The translations under genes were made by a program, and so were the position numbers. The notes below the pieces were generated by a model. It saw only the letters and a list, made by a program, of their open reading frames with translations. It was not told where the DNA came from and did not search any database. This document shows positions 1 through 12,780 of a stretch of 64,000 nucleotides of DNA, one piece after another. The stretch comes from Chiloscyllium plagiosum (Eukaryota), in contig NC_057711.1 of NCBI RefSeq assembly GCF_004010195.1, forward strand, positions 82,650,046-82,714,045. The letters are read 5' to 3'. The stretch's first letter is position 1; every line of letters begins with the position of its first letter.

Positions 1-272
1 TTCCTCTTTACAAGACATTCAACCTCCCTCGTCAACCAAGGTTCCCTCACACGACCATTTCTTTCCTGCCTGACAGGTACATACATATCAAGGACACGTC
101 GTATCTGTTCCTTGAAAAAGTTCCACATTTCCACGACATCCTTCCCTGACAGCCTATGCTCCCAAGTTATGCTCCTGAGATCCTGTCTTACAGCATCGTA
201 TTTACCCTTCCCCCAATTGTAAAACCTACTCTGTTGCACGCACCTATCTCTCTCCATAACCAAGGTGAAACT
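1..272 (-). mobile_element. CR1 LINE ORF2 fragment (region between endonuclease and RT), cut by window edge
   Basis: Minus strand translates as ...YNWGKGKYDAVRQDLRSITWEHRLSGKDVVEMWNFFKEQIRRVLDMYVPVRQ...EPWLTREVECLVKRK, typical of the CR1 ORF2 linker. Confidence 0.8.
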
Positions 273-286
273 TCCCATAAATTTCA

Positions 287-707
287 AGATGTCTTTTCCC
301 TATTGTGGGGTATTTCAAGACTAGGGGCATATTTTTAAGGCGAGAGGAGAAAGATTTAAAAAGGACATGAGAGGAAATTTGTTTTACACACAGAGTGGTT
401 TATATGTGGAATGAAATTCCAGAGGAAGTGGTGGATATGGGTACAGTTACAATATTTAAATGACATTTAGATGAATAAGAAATGTTTGGATGGATATGGG
501 CCAGGCGCAGGCAGAGGAAGTGATCGAGGCAAGTACAGTTATAACATTGAAAAGACATTTGGACAGTTACATGAATGGGAGTGGTTTAGAGAGATATGGG
601 CTGAATACAGGTAAGTGGGACGAATTCAGTTTGGGAAATCTGGTCGGCATGGATGAGTTGGGTCAAAGGGTCTGTTTCTATGCTCTCTGACTCTGTGGCT
701 CTATGAT
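287..707 (+). mobile_element. CR1/HER1 LINE 3' end fragment (partly duplicated internally)
   Basis: Matches the 3' ends of other CR1 copies in this window (gtggaatgaa...gaggaagtggtgga...) and ends in a degenerate (ctctatga)n tail. Confidence 0.85.
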
Positions 708-1123
708 TGTATGGTCTGACCAATCAGGCCTTAGAGTAGTAAGGGGACACAACTGGGGGACACAAAAGCAGCCCAAAATGGGTCCTTTGGATACAAAAAC
801 GCTATATGGGCGAAAGACTGGTGTTTGTTATGCATTCACAAATAGATAATCCTGAATAAAAAGGTTAGTTAGAGGTGTTTGTCGTATTAGCATTGTAAAA
901 TAGGTGCAGTTAGATCTCTGGGGAAGTAGGAGAGCATTCTTGATCCTTGGGCCTCTACAGGAGCATTTCAGAGATTTTCTTCCCCCACTTGCTTTTTTCC
1001 TGTGAATCAAACCACTGCACAAAGGCTTATTTCATCTGCTTGTTCAATCCTAAAAAGGGCAGAAAACTAGCCATCAGGATACATGAACACCAACTAGCCA
1101 CAAAAAGACATAACCCTCTCTCA

Positions 1124-2768
1124 ATGACATTGGAAGGGAAAAGGTTGAGACTCTGAAGGGAGATTGCAGAGAGTTAGGCAGAAATTTAAAAAGGAGGTCC
1201 TCAAGGGTAGTAATATCTGGATTACTCCCAGTGCTACGAGCTAATGAGGGCAGGAATAGGAGGATAGAGCAGATGAATGCATGGCTGAGGAGCTGGTGTA
1301 TGAGGGAAGGATTCACATTTTTGGGTCATTGGAATCTCTTTTGGGGTAGGAGTGACCTGTACAAGAAGGATGGATTGCACCTAAATTGGAAGGGGACGAA
1401 TATACTGGCAGGAAAATTTGCTAGAGCTGCTTGGGAGGATGTTGAAACTTTATTGCTGGAACAGCACAGCAGGTCAGGCAGCATCCAGGGAACAGGAGAG
1501 CAGGTCAGGCAGCATCCAGGGAACAGGAGATTCGACGTTTCGGGCACAGGCCCTTCTTCGGGGAAGATTGATGAGGGCAGAGCAGTACATGTGATCTATA
1601 TGGACTTCAGTAAGGCATTCGACTGATTAGCCAGGTTAGATCTCATGGAATACAGGGAGAAGTAGCCATTTGGATACAGAACTGGCTCAAAGGTAGATGA
1701 CAGAGGGTGGTGGTGAAGGGTTGTTTTTCAGACTGGAGGCCTGTGACCAGTGGAGTGCCACAAGGATCGGTGCTGGCCCCTCTACGTTTTGTCATTTACA
1801 TAAATGATTTGGATGTGAGCATAAGAGGTACAGTTAGTAAGTTTGCAGATGACACCAAAATTGGAAGTGTAGTGGATAGCGAAGAGGGTCACCTCAGATT
1901 ACAACAGGATCTTGACCAGATGGGCGAATGGCCTGAGAAGTGGCAGATGGAGTTTAATTCAGATAAATGCGAGGTGCTGCATTTTGGGAAAGCAAATCTT
2001 AGCCGGACTTGTACACTTAATGGTAAGGTCCTAGGGAGTGTTGCTGAAGAAAGAGACCTTGGAGTGCAGGTTTATAGCTCCTTGAAAGTGGAGTCGCAGG
2101 AAGATAGGATAGTGAAGGAGGCATTTGGTATGCTTTCCTTTATTGGTCAGAGTATTGAGTACAGGAGTCGGGTGGTCATGTTCCGGCTGTACAGGACACT
2201 GGTTTGGCCACTGTTGGAATATTGTGTGCAATTCTGGTCTCCTTCCTATCAGAAAGATGTTATGAAACTTGAAAAGGTTCAGAAAAGATTTACAAGGATG
2301 TTGCCTGGGTTGGAGGATTTGAGCTACAGGGCGAGGCTGAACAGGCTTGGGCATGTTTTCCCTGGAGCATCGGATGCTGAGGGGTGACCTTATAGAGGTT
2401 TACAAAATTATGTGTAGCATAGATAGGATAAATAGGCAAAGTCTTTTCCTTGGGTTTGGGGAGTCCAGGACGAGAGGGCATATGTTTAGGGTGAGAGGGG
2501 AAAGATATAAAAGATACCTAAGGGGCAACTTTTTTCATGCAGAGGGTGGTACGTGTATGGAATGAGCTGCCATCGATGTGTTGGAGGCTGGTACAATTGC
2601 AACATTTAAGAAGCATTTGGATGGGTATATGAATAGGAAGGGTTTGGAGGGATATGGGCCGGGTGCTGGCAGGTGGGACTAGATTGGGTTGGGATACCTG
2701 GTCGGCACGGATGGGTTTGATCGAAGGGTCTGTTTCCATGCTGTACATCTCTATGACTCTATGACTCT
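1124..2768 (+). mobile_element. 5'-truncated, internally deleted CR1 LINE (ORF1 SGNH-esterase tail, PLE filler, RT to 3' tail)
   Basis: ORF1 esterase motif (LYKKDGLHLNWKGTNILA) runs to 1440; RT motifs follow ([27 protein letters not shown]); (ctctatga)n tail; ctctca duplicated at 1118-1123 and 2765-2770. Confidence 0.9.
1441..1563 (-). mobile_element. PLE terminal-repeat fragment (tail-less arm) with a 31-bp tandem duplication
   Basis: Near-identical to 31431-31522. agcaggtcaggcagcatccagggaacaggag is repeated at 1468-1498 and 1499-1529. The hammerhead core has CUGA mutated to CCGA. Confidence 0.8.
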
Positions 2769-3047
2769 CACTAGTATCCTTACATACGGATGAGGAAGGA
2801 CACCACTTAGACTGGGACAAAGCATCCATCCTAGGACAAGCCAAACAAAGACACGCATGAGAATTCTTAGAAGCATGACATTCCAACCGGAACTTTATCA
2901 ACAAACACATCAAGTTAGACCCCATCTACCACCCCCTGAGAAAAAGAAGAGGAAGTGACTTTGCCACAGGAAATGATATCACCAATCCAAAGAAACCCAA
3001 ACATATAAATAGAAAGCCGGACTTATCAGCAGTGCTTTGCCTGAGGA

Positions 3048-3087
3048 CCACTGAAGATGTTACCTAGTAGGGTGATGGAACGTCTGG
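3048..3087 (+). ncRNA. Degenerate minimal type I hammerhead ribozyme motif in PLE terminal repeat
   Basis: cca-CTGAAGA-t-gttacc-tagtag-ggtgat-GGAA-cGTC-tgg. Stem I is cca/tgg, stem II is gttacc/ggtgat, and GAAA is mutated to GGAA. Confidence 0.55.
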
Positions 3088-3634
3088 AAATGAACCTTCC
3101 AGCTCAGCAAGCAAACCTACATCCACTTATTCAATTTGTTTTATTACTGCAATCGGAAGATGATCTCATGTGTTGACCACTTTTGTATGGAAAACTATTC
3201 CTAACATCTTTTCTAAACTTCCATTTAGTCAACATGTGTCTATGTTTCCTTGTTCTAGTATTCTGACAGACCATGTACTACAAATGCGAGGTTTAAGAAG
3301 ATGACTATATTTAAATTGTCTCTTTTAATTTCAAGAAATAAAGAACACTCTGGAAAAGGAGGAATGTGTGAAGTTGTATTGGACTCTTTACCCAGCATTA
3401 CGCCAGGTGATGGTTACCATAGGAACAGAAGGCCAAGGTTACTGAATCTATTTCCATGTTTCACACTTGAACACAAAGAGCGAGATAGTGTCTTACTTTG
3501 TGTAGACTTGCATACTCCTGAAAGTATGTTTAAAAAAGCCTGGATAGAGAGAGAGTGAGAGAGAGAGAGTTAGAAACAGAGGTTTCACAGAAGCAAATGA
3601 TTTCCACCAATCTAGTCAGCACACAATGAGTAAC

Positions 3635-4490
3635 TCACCTCCTGACTCTCCAAAGACTGGCTACCATTTACAAAATACAAGTCGGGAGTGAGATAAAATA
3701 TTGTCCACTTGCTTGGATGAGTGCAGTTCCAACAAACTTGCTTGGATGAGTGCAGTTAGTGGGCGGCACGGTGGCACAGTGGTTAGCACTGCTGCCTCAC
3801 AGTGCCTGAGACCTGGGTTCAATTCCCGCCTCAGGCGACTGACTGTGTGGAGTTTGCACGTTCTCCCCGTGTCTGCGTGGGTTTCCTCCGGGTGCTCCGG
3901 TTTCCTCCCACAGTCCAAAAGATGTGCAGGGTCAGGTGAATTGGCCATGCTAAATTGCCCGTAGTGTTAGGTAAGGGGTAAATGTAGGGGTATGGGTGGG
4001 TTTCGCTTCGGCGGGTCGGTGTGGACTTGTTGGGCCGAAGGGCCTGTTTCCACACTGTAATGTAATCTAATCTAATCTAAAAACTTGTGAAGCTTGACAC
4101 CATCCAGGACAAGCTGGTCAGCTTGATTAGCACCATATTTTCAACCTTCAACATTAATTCCCTCCAACATGCAGTGGTGCAGTGTCTGCTATCTCCAAGA
4201 AGCAGTCCAATAATTCAGCAATACTTCCTAGGCAGCACCTTGTAAACTCACACCCTCTACTAGAAGACCAAAGGCAGCAGATAAATAGGAACACCACTAC
4301 CTGCAAGATCCCTTTCAAACCACATACCATCCTAAATGCAAACTTTAATCCCATTGTTTAACTGTCGATTTGTCAAAGTCCTGGAACTCCTTCCCTAACA
4401 GTGGTGTGAGTGCACTTACCCCTCAGGGCAATTTGGGGATTGGCAATAAATGCTGGCTCAGCAAGTGATGACTACATTCCTTGACTGAAT
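3635..4490 (+). mobile_element. Old CR1/L2-group LINE 3' end, interrupted by HE1 SINE
   Basis: Decayed ATIYKIQV...EYCPLAWMSA...KLDTIQDK-like coding remnant and tail ggcaataaatgctggc...cattcc. The same tail occurs at 31560-31702. Confidence 0.6.
3761..4080 (+). mobile_element. HE1-type tRNA-derived SINE (young, full-length)
   Basis: Pol III A box (tggcacagtgg) and B box (gggttcaattccc), V-SINE-like core gtgggtttcctccgggtgctccggtttcctcccaca, CR1-like 3' end, (tctaa)n tail. Confidence 0.92.
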
Positions 4491-5118
4491 ACAGAAAGGC
4501 GAGAATAATGTGTGTCCTCTGTGAGCTTCCAGGTAGAATTTAGGAGGGAAGATAGTTTCTCATTTAAGCTTCACATCCTGAGCAACATAAACACTCTAGA
4601 GGATTTGTTCTGGTGAGGCTGGCAAGATAAATTACTTGAGCAGGCTTTACTGTTGAAATTCAGTTCAGAAATTCTCAGAGGACGAAGGCAGAGGATCTTC
4701 CGCTGAGCATCAGGACTGAACAAAATGGGGAGACAAACTTATTGGAAGTTGGGAGTCAATGTGAACTATGTTCTAAAAAGACGGTGACAATGTTGAAGAT
4801 GCTGTAAACTGCATGCTGCTATATGAGATTACTGGTTATTTAAGACAATATTAAGAATTTTTATTTTGGTCAATTGGAGTATTAGCTGCCCATAAAGTAG
4901 CATTTAGTTGATTCTGATACTTGTTTGTTACCGCAAAGTTTTAGAACTTGAAATCTTGCTGTTTAATTTCTTTAAGTTGGTCACTGGGAATTCAAATGTC
5001 TTTTCAAAAGTTATCATCTCAGGATTGTTGCACATATCGTCCTGTACCCTTCAACAGACGTAGATGCGTGGCTGCACAGAAGTGTGGAATGCTCTGTACC
5101 GTTGAACAAACAGACTGT

Positions 5119-5753
5119 TGTAGCAGCCTGCGACTGCTCAAGTGAAATAAAAATCATTAAGAAGGGAGCCTAGAAATACAGACACACAACTGAAATAAAC
5201 AGGGCATCAAAGTTGGCCAAAAAGCAAAGTGTGGTGGAATGTTGGAACCAAGACAGAGTCAAGAGATAATTCTGGCTTGAGACAGATAACTAGGAGGGTA
5301 TAAGAACCCAGCCCAGTAGGACTGGGGTTACCCCCCACTCTCCAGCCTGCCTAGAGGCAGGTTGAGATACAGAGGTGACCAGAGCAGCTCGTCCTCTGAT
5401 GAGGGAGAGAGAGAGAGAGACGGAGAGAGAGAGAGAAAGAGAGAGACAGAGACAGAGGGAGTCAACCCATTAATACAAGAAAAGACTGAACAGCAGACCA
5501 GCAAAGTTATGAGTAACTGGGAATTATTTCAAGTTTCTAAATAATCTGATAGTTAGCAGTCGCGTTATTAAAAATGTAAAATTTAACTCTGAACCTTTCT
5601 TGTCTTAAGTAAAGTTATGATATGGTTCACCGACTGCACTCTCGTGCTGTGTAGTCCTTTCCTGATATACACTAACCTACCTGGGTAAATTAATATTGTG
5701 TACACTGGTTGAGGAGTCTACAAGACCTTAGAGCCACCCTGTTTCTGAGAACA
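5119..5753 (+). mobile_element. Solo LTR (Gypsy-like)
   Basis: Begins TGT and ends ACA, flanked by a 4-bp direct repeat ctgt (5115-5118, 5754-5757). Internal tataag at about 5299 and a (GA)n tract. Confidence 0.65.
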
Positions 5754-5829
5754 CTGTCCAAAAGCAAAGAGAGTCATAGGATTGGATTTAATGTTCCCCG
5801 TGTGGACTCAGCTGCACTCAGCTGGGGGA

Positions 5830-6085
5830 TGAAGAATGGAAGCACAATATTGCAGGTGATTCAATAGTTACGAGCATAAATAGGCATTTCTGTGGCTATG
5901 GATGTGAATGCAGAATTGTATGTTGAGATGCTGAGTCAAGAGTGACATAGAATGGCTGCAGTATATACTTTTGGGCTAGAGTGAAAAGCCAGAGAACAGC
6001 CCACAGTAAAAGAGGGACAAAGTCCTGAAAGTACAATTTAGAGACTAAGCAAGAGACTGAAAAGTAGAACCTCAAAATGATGGTA
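5830..6085 (+). mobile_element. Decayed CR1 ORF1 (SGNH esterase) fragment
   Basis: AGDSIVTSINRHFCG...RIVC resembles the GDS motif region of CR1 ORF1 esterases. Confidence 0.6.
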
Positions 6086-6459
6086 GTGTGCACTGGAGAG
6101 CTGTTGGTTCTTATTTGTGTTTTGATAATGGACCAGACTGTTAAATATATGTTAACATCTGGCTGGAGACCAGCTATTTTGTCTTCCAAGTGTCAGATCC
6201 AGGTACATTCGAAAAGAATAAAGCCATTAAATTTCATGGTTTTGAACAAACAGTGATAAACTTTGCTGTACAAAGTTAGAACAGCAAAACATATATTATA
6301 AATAACACTTCCAACATCTAACAATTCTTTTTTTTTTGCTTTTCCCTCTCTTTTCTGTCAGAGCAAATGTTTCAAGCATATCTCCAAAGCCTCCTTGAGA
6401 AAACATACTATGTCCAGACTGGGACTGCCATAGTGTTAAGGGTTGAGATGGAGAGGAAT

Positions 6460-8853
6460 TTGTTAAGAGTGTACAATAACATTTTCTGATTCAGTATGTG
6501 GATGTATGTATGAGAGAAGGTGCAAAACTTGAACTACTCTTGGGAAATAAGGCAGGGCAGGTGACTGAGGTGTCAGTGGGGGAGCACTTTGGGGCCAGCG
6601 ACCATAATTCCATTAGATTTAAAATAATGATGGAAAAGGATAGACCAGATCTAAAAGTTGAAGTTCTAAATTGGAGAAAGGCCAATTTTGACGGTATTAG
6701 GCAAGAACTTTTGAAAGCTGATTGGAGGCAGATGTTCGCAAGTAAAGGGATGGTGGAAAATGGGAAGCCTTCGGAATGAGATAACAAGAATCCAGAGGAA
6801 GTCTATTCCTGTTAGGGTGAAAAGAAAGACTGGTAGGTATAGGGAATGCTGCATGACGAAAGAAATTGAGGGTTTGGTTAAGAAAAAGAAGGAAGCATAT
6901 GTCAGGTATAGACAGGATAGATCGAGTGAACTCTTAGAAGAGTATAAAGGCAGTAGGAGTATACTTAAGAGAAAAGCAGAAGGGCTAAAAGGGGACATGA
7001 AATAGCGTTGGCAAATAGAATTAAGGAGAAACCAAAGAATTTTTACAAATACATTAAGGACAAAAGGGTAACTAGGGAGAGAATAGGGCTCCTCAAAGAT
7101 CAGCAAGGCGGCCTTTGTGTGGAGTTGCAGAAAATGGGGGAGATACTAAACGAGTATTTTGCATCAGTATTTACTGTGGAAAAGGATATGGAAGATATAG
7201 ACCGTAGGGAAATGGATGGTGACATCTTGCAAAATGTCTATATTACAAAGGAGGAAGTGCTGGATGTCTTGAAATGGATAAAGGAGGATAAATCCCCAGG
7301 ACCTGATCAGGTGTACCCTAGAACTCTGTGGGAAGCTAGAGAAGTGATTGTTGGGCCTCTTGCTGAGATATTTGTATCATCGATAGTGACAGGTGAGGTG
7401 CTGGAAGACTGGAGGTTGACTAAAGTGGTGCCACTGTTTAAGAAGGGTGGTAAGAACAAGCCAGGGAACTGTAGACTAGTGAGCCTGATGTCTGCGGTGG
7501 GCAAGTTGTTGGAGGGAATCCTGAGGGACAGGATGTACATATATTTGGAAGGGCAAGGACTGATTCGGGATAGTCAACATGGCTTTTTGCATGGGTAATC
7601 GTGTCTCACAAAGTTGATTGAGTTTTTTGAAGAAGTAACAAAGAAGATTGATGAGGGCAGAGCAGTAGATGTGATCTATATGGACTTCAGTAAGGTGTTT
7701 GACAAGATTCCCCATGGGAGACCGGTTAGCAAGGTTAGATCACAGGGGATAATGGGAGAACTAGCCATTTGGATACAGAACTGGCTCAAAGGTAGATGAC
7801 AGAGGGTGGTGGTGGAGGGTGGTTTTTCAGACTGGAGGCCTGTGACCAGTGGAGTGCCACAAGGATTGGTGCTGGGTCCTCTATTTTGTGTCATTTACAT
7901 AAATGATTTGGATGTGAGTATAAGAGGTATAGTTAGTAAGTTTGCAGATGACACCAAAATTGGAGATGTTGTGGACAGCTAAGAAGGTTACCTCAGATTG
8001 CAACAGGATCTTGACCAGATGAGCCAATGGGCTGAGAAGAGGCAGATGGAGTTTAAAGCAGATAAATGTGAGATGCTGCATTTGGGAAAGCAAATCTTAG
8101 CAGGACTTATACTCCTAATGGTAAGGTTCGAGGGAGTATTGCTGAAAAAAGAGACCTTGGAGTGCAGGTTTATAGCTCCTTGAAAGTGAAGTCGCAGGTA
8201 GATAGGATTGTGAAAAAGGCGTTTGGTATGTTTTCTTTTATTCGTCAGAGTATTGGGTACATGCGTTGGGAGGTCATGTTGTGGCTGTACAGGACATTGG
8301 TTAGGCCACTGTTGGAATATTGTGTGCAATTCTGGTCTCCTTCCTATTGGAAAGATGTTGTGAAACTTGAAAGGGTTCAGAAAAGATTTACAAGGATGTT
8401 GCCAGGGTTGGAGGATTTGAGCTGTAGGGAGAGGCTGAACAGGCTGTGACTGTTTTCCCTAAAGAGTCGAAGGTTGAGGGGAGGTTTACAAAATCATGAG
8501 GGGCATGGATTGGATAAATAGACAAAGTATTTTCCCTGGGATCGGGGAGTCCTGAACTAGAGGGCATAGGTTTAGGGTGAGAGGGGAAAGATATAAAAGA
8601 GACCTAAGGGGCAACTTTTTCACACAGAGGGTGGTATGTGTATGGAATGAGCTGCCAGAGCAAGTGGTGGAGGCTGGTTCAATTGCACCATTTAAGAGGC
8701 ATTTGGATGGGTATATGAATAGGAAGGGTTTGGAGGGATATGGGCTGGGTGCTGGCGGGTGGGACTAGATTAGGTTGGGATATCTGGTCGGCATGGATGG
8801 GTTGGACCGAAGGGTCTGTTTCCATGCTGTACATCTCTTTGACTCTATGACTC
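6460..8853 (+). mobile_element. 5'-truncated CR1/HER1 LINE, ORF2 disrupted
   Basis: Endonuclease end (GASDHNSIRF), KSPGPDQ, QHGF, YMDFSKVFD, FADD, and a (ctctatga)n tail. Multiple stops and frameshifts. Confidence 0.95.
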
Positions 8854-9160
8854 TAATTAACCCTTTACTTGATATTTTTACTGTAATGTTTGCTCACTAT
8901 GATTGCATGCTCAGACTTAACTGTAAACACTTTGCGTACTTCTAGCTTTCCCAGCTAACGATTTATATAAAGTTTCCCTTTTTTTTAAGTGTAGGTTTAT
9001 TGTAAAATAGATTTTTTGATGTTACAACAAATACAAAACAATATAATTCAAAATAGTGTAAAGGAAGAAAAAGAAAAAATAAAATCAAACTGCATTCATG
9101 TGTAAATCTATTTATAAAAACAGCTAAATACATAAATAAATTATAGCTAACAACTAATAC

Positions 9161-9192
9161 ATAATAATAATGATAATAATAATAATAATAAT
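9161..9192. repeat. (TAA)n microsatellite in L1 3'UTR
   Basis: ataataataatgataataataataataataat. Confidence 0.9.
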
Positions 9193-10683
9193 ATGCCTCA
9201 ACAAGACAAAGCACTGGCTCTTGGCCATCAAGAGCATTAATTAACACATATTCATACATTTGTATGCCTCCTCTCTGGGTATTAGACTCATAAAAAACAA
9301 TTGTTCCAGCTATATAAAAGCACTAATTAGTGTGGCAGACACATCTGTGTCCAGGTAGTCCAAAAAGGGCTGCCATGTTTTCTAAAAATTCTCAGTTTTA
9401 TAATGCGCCATTCTTGTAAGAATATCCAAAGGGATATGCTCCATAACTATCTTACACCAACCTGACAAACTCGGAGGGTTTTCACACTCCCAACCAACAG
9501 AATATTCTTTCTTGCACAGAAAGCAAGGATGTTGAAAAGCTTTTTCTTATGTGCATCTACAGGGAATACACTGGGCAGGCCAAGAAGAAGAGAAATCCAG
9601 TTCATCTCCAGCCTTGTCCTCAAAATCCTCTCTATTGCAACTACCACACCACTCAGTATGTTCGGAGTAATGAGTAAGACTGCCTGTACTCGATTTGCAC
9701 TTGGGACATGTTGAAGATACTCCTGGTTTAAATTTTGATAAACAATCTGGAGCCAAGTGGAGAATCTTCAACTGTAAAGCATGGGTCCTATTGCAAATGG
9801 AGATCTTTCTTCCACTTTCCCAAATATCTTCCCATGTCTCTGAGGAGATCTCAAAGCCCTACGCTCTCTCCCACACACTGTAAAGCCATTTGATCTCATC
9901 TGAAGGGCACTCCGCAATAGGTGATAAAGAGAGTTGACAGAAAGCATGTTCTTAGCACTGAGCACATTCTTCTCCATGTCGGATCTGCAGGGATTGGTTA
10001 GAAGTGTAGTCCTTTTTTGAATGAAATCCCTAATTTGAAAAAAATGAAATAATACCTGCTAGATAGATTGTAATTCCAAGCTAATTGGTCAAATGACATT
10101 ATTGCGTCCCCCTCAAATAAGTCGCCCATGCAAGACACACCCCTAGCTGCCTAATGTTTGAATCCTGAATCTATCATCCCCGGTTGAAAACCCGGCATAC
10201 TAAATATAGGTGTAAAAGAAGATGTTTTGGCAATATTGTCTTCACTCTGCCGTATTGCCCTCCATGCTTTAACAGTATTAGTAACTATTGGGTTGTGGCA
10301 ATACTCCTTAACTGTGCTCATTTATTATAGTAAGCTAGTAAGGTGGCACATTGCATGAAAGGTTTCAGTATCTAACCAGGGTTCCCACAAGCCCAGTCGC
10401 TCACATATGATAAAAGTGAGATTAGTTGACAGTTTTTAATGTCTGGAGATCCACTCCCCCCAGTCCATGAGGCAATTGCAATTTAACTAACTTAATAAGG
10501 GGCTGCTTATGATGCCAGATAAAATAGCTGAGTCAGCCATTCAGTCTCCTGAACGTTTGCCTTGTGAAAATCAAGGGGAGCATTCACATAGGGTACATTT
10601 TAATGAGGGCTATCCAACCTAACTGAGAAACCGGAAATGCCTCCCACCTTCAAAGGTCTTGTTTGATTAAGTCAAATAAATGA

Positions 10684-12780
10684 GAAGGAAGCATATGTCA
10701 GGTATAGACAGGAGAGATCGAGTGAATCCTTAGAAGAGAATAAAGGCAGTTGGACTATATTTAAGAAGAAAATCAGGAGGGCAAAAAGGTGACATGAGAT
10801 AGCTTTGATAAAAGGGTTAAGGAGAATCCAAAGGATTTTTACAAATACATTAAGGACAAAAAGGTAACTGGGGAGCGAATAGGGCCCCTCAAAGGTCAGC
10901 AAGGCAGCCTTTGTGTCGAGCCGCGGGAGATGGGGGAGATACTAAACGAGTATTTTGTATCAGTGTTTATTGTGGAGAAGGACACGGAAGATATAGAATG
11001 TCGGGAAATAGATGGTGACATTTGAAAAATGTCCATATTACAGAGGAGGAAGTGCTGGATGTCTTGAAACGCATAAAGGTGGATAAATCCCCAGGACCTG
11101 ATCAGCAGTACCCTACGACTCTGTGGGAAGCTAGGGAAGTGATTGCTGGGCCCTTTGCTGAGAGGTGAGGTGCCGGAAGACTGGAGGTTGACTAATGTGG
11201 TGCCATTATTTAAAAAAGGTGGTAAGGACAATTCAGGTAACCATAGACTGGTAAGCCTGCCCTCAGTGGTGGGCAAATTGTTGGATAGAATCCTGAGGGA
11301 CAGTATTTACACATATTTGGAAAGGCAAGGACTGAGTAGGGATAGTCAGCATGGCTTTGTGCGTGGGAAATCAGTCTAATGAACTTGTTTGAGTTTTTTG
11401 AAGAAGTAAAAAAAGAGTTTCGATGAGGGAAGAGCAGTGAACGTGATCTATATGGACTTCAGTAAGAAATTCAACAAGGTGCCCCATGGGAGGGTGGTTA
11501 GCAAGGTTAGATCTCATGGAATACTAGGAGAACTAACCATTTGGATACAGAACTGGTTCAAAGATAGAAGACAGATGGTGGTGTGCCACAAGGATTGGTG
11601 AACATGGGAGATACATGATTTGGAGATGCTGGTGTAGGAATTGAGTGTATAAAGTTAAAAACACACAACACCAGGTTATAGTCCAACAGGTTTATTTGGA
11701 AGCACACTAGCTTTCGGAGCGTTGCTCCTTCACCTGATGAAGGAGCAGCGCTCTGAAAGCAAGTGTGCTTCCAAATAAACCTGTTGGACTGTAACCTAGT
11801 GTTGTGTGATTTTTAACATAGGAGTTACAGTTAGTAAGTTTGCAGATGACACCAAAATTGCAAGTGTAGTGGACAGTGAAGAAGTTTACCTCAGGTTACA
11901 ACAGGATCTTGATCAGATGGGCCAGTGGGTTGAGGAGTGGCAGATAGAGATTAATTTAGATAAATGTGAGGTGCTGTATTTTGGAAAAGCAAATCAGAGC
12001 AGGGCTTACATACTTAATGGTAAGATCCAGGGGAGTGTTGCTGAACAAAGAGACCTTGGAGTGCAAGTTCATAGCTCCTTGAAAGTAGAATTGCAGATAG
12101 ATAGGATAGTGAAGAAGGTGTTTGGTATGCTTTCCTTTACTGGTCAGAGTATTGAGTACAGGAGTTGGGAGGTCATGTTGCAGCTGTACAGGTCATTGGT
12201 TAGACCACTTTTGAAATATTGTGTGCAATTCTAGTCTCAATCCTATTGGAAGGATGTTGTGAAACTTGAAAGGGTTCAGGATAGATTTACAAGCATGTTG
12301 CCAGAATTGGAGTTGGAGGATTTGAGCTATAGGGAGTGGTTGAATAGGCTGGGGCTGTTTTCTCTGGAACATCAAAGGTTTGAAGGGTGACCTTATAGAG
12401 GTTTACAAAATCATGAGGGGCATTGATAAGATAAATAGACAAAGTCTCTTCCCTGGGGTGGTGTAGTCCTGAACTAGAGGGCATAGGTTTAGGGTGAGAG
12501 GGAAAAATATAAAAGGGACCTAAGGGGCAACTTTTTCACACAGAGGGTGGTAGTGTATGGAATGAGCTGCCAGACGAAGTGGTGGAGGCTGGTACAATTG
12601 CAACATTTAAAAGACATTTGGATCGGTATATGAATAGGAAGAGTTTGGCGTGATATGGGCTGGGTGCTAGCAGCTGGGACTAGATTAGGTTGGGATATCT
12701 GGTTGGCATGGACAAGTTGGACCGAAGGTCTGTTTCTATTTTGTACATCTCTATGACTCTATGACCCCAAGACTCTATGA
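10684..12780 (+). mobile_element. 5'-truncated CR1/HER1 LINE nested in L1
   Basis: RT motifs and (ctctatga)n tail. aatga is duplicated at 10679-10683 and 12780-12784, and the L1 sequence is continuous across the insertion. Confidence 0.92.
11616..11817. mobile_element. Fold-back PLE-derived mini-element (family C) with hammerhead-like core
   Basis: Inverted arms at about 11654-11732 and 11738-11817. Core cac-CTGATGA-a-ggagc-agc-gctct-GAAA-gcaa-gtg at 11731-11765. Imperfect 15-bp TSD at 11601-11615 and 11815-11829. Confidence 0.8.

Larger units (their letters stand above)
1055..3125 (+). mobile_element. Penelope-like element 3' part (GIY-YIG endonuclease C-terminus plus terminal repeat), split by a CR1 insertion at 1124-2768
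   Basis: GRKLAIRIHEHQLATKRHNPLS (to 1123) resumes as LVSLHTDEEGHHLDWDKASILGQAKQRHA*EFLEA (from 2771). Homologous to the PLE at 33197-34371. Confidence 0.85.

Noticed and set aside
710..870. CCAAT, TATA-like and AATAAA series as a promoter or LTR
   Set aside because: No definable termini or TSD, and the short motifs alone are insufficient.
6325..6440. Polypyrimidine tract plus cag as a splice acceptor
   Set aside because: No convincing donor or recognisable coding content, and it lies between repeat fragments.
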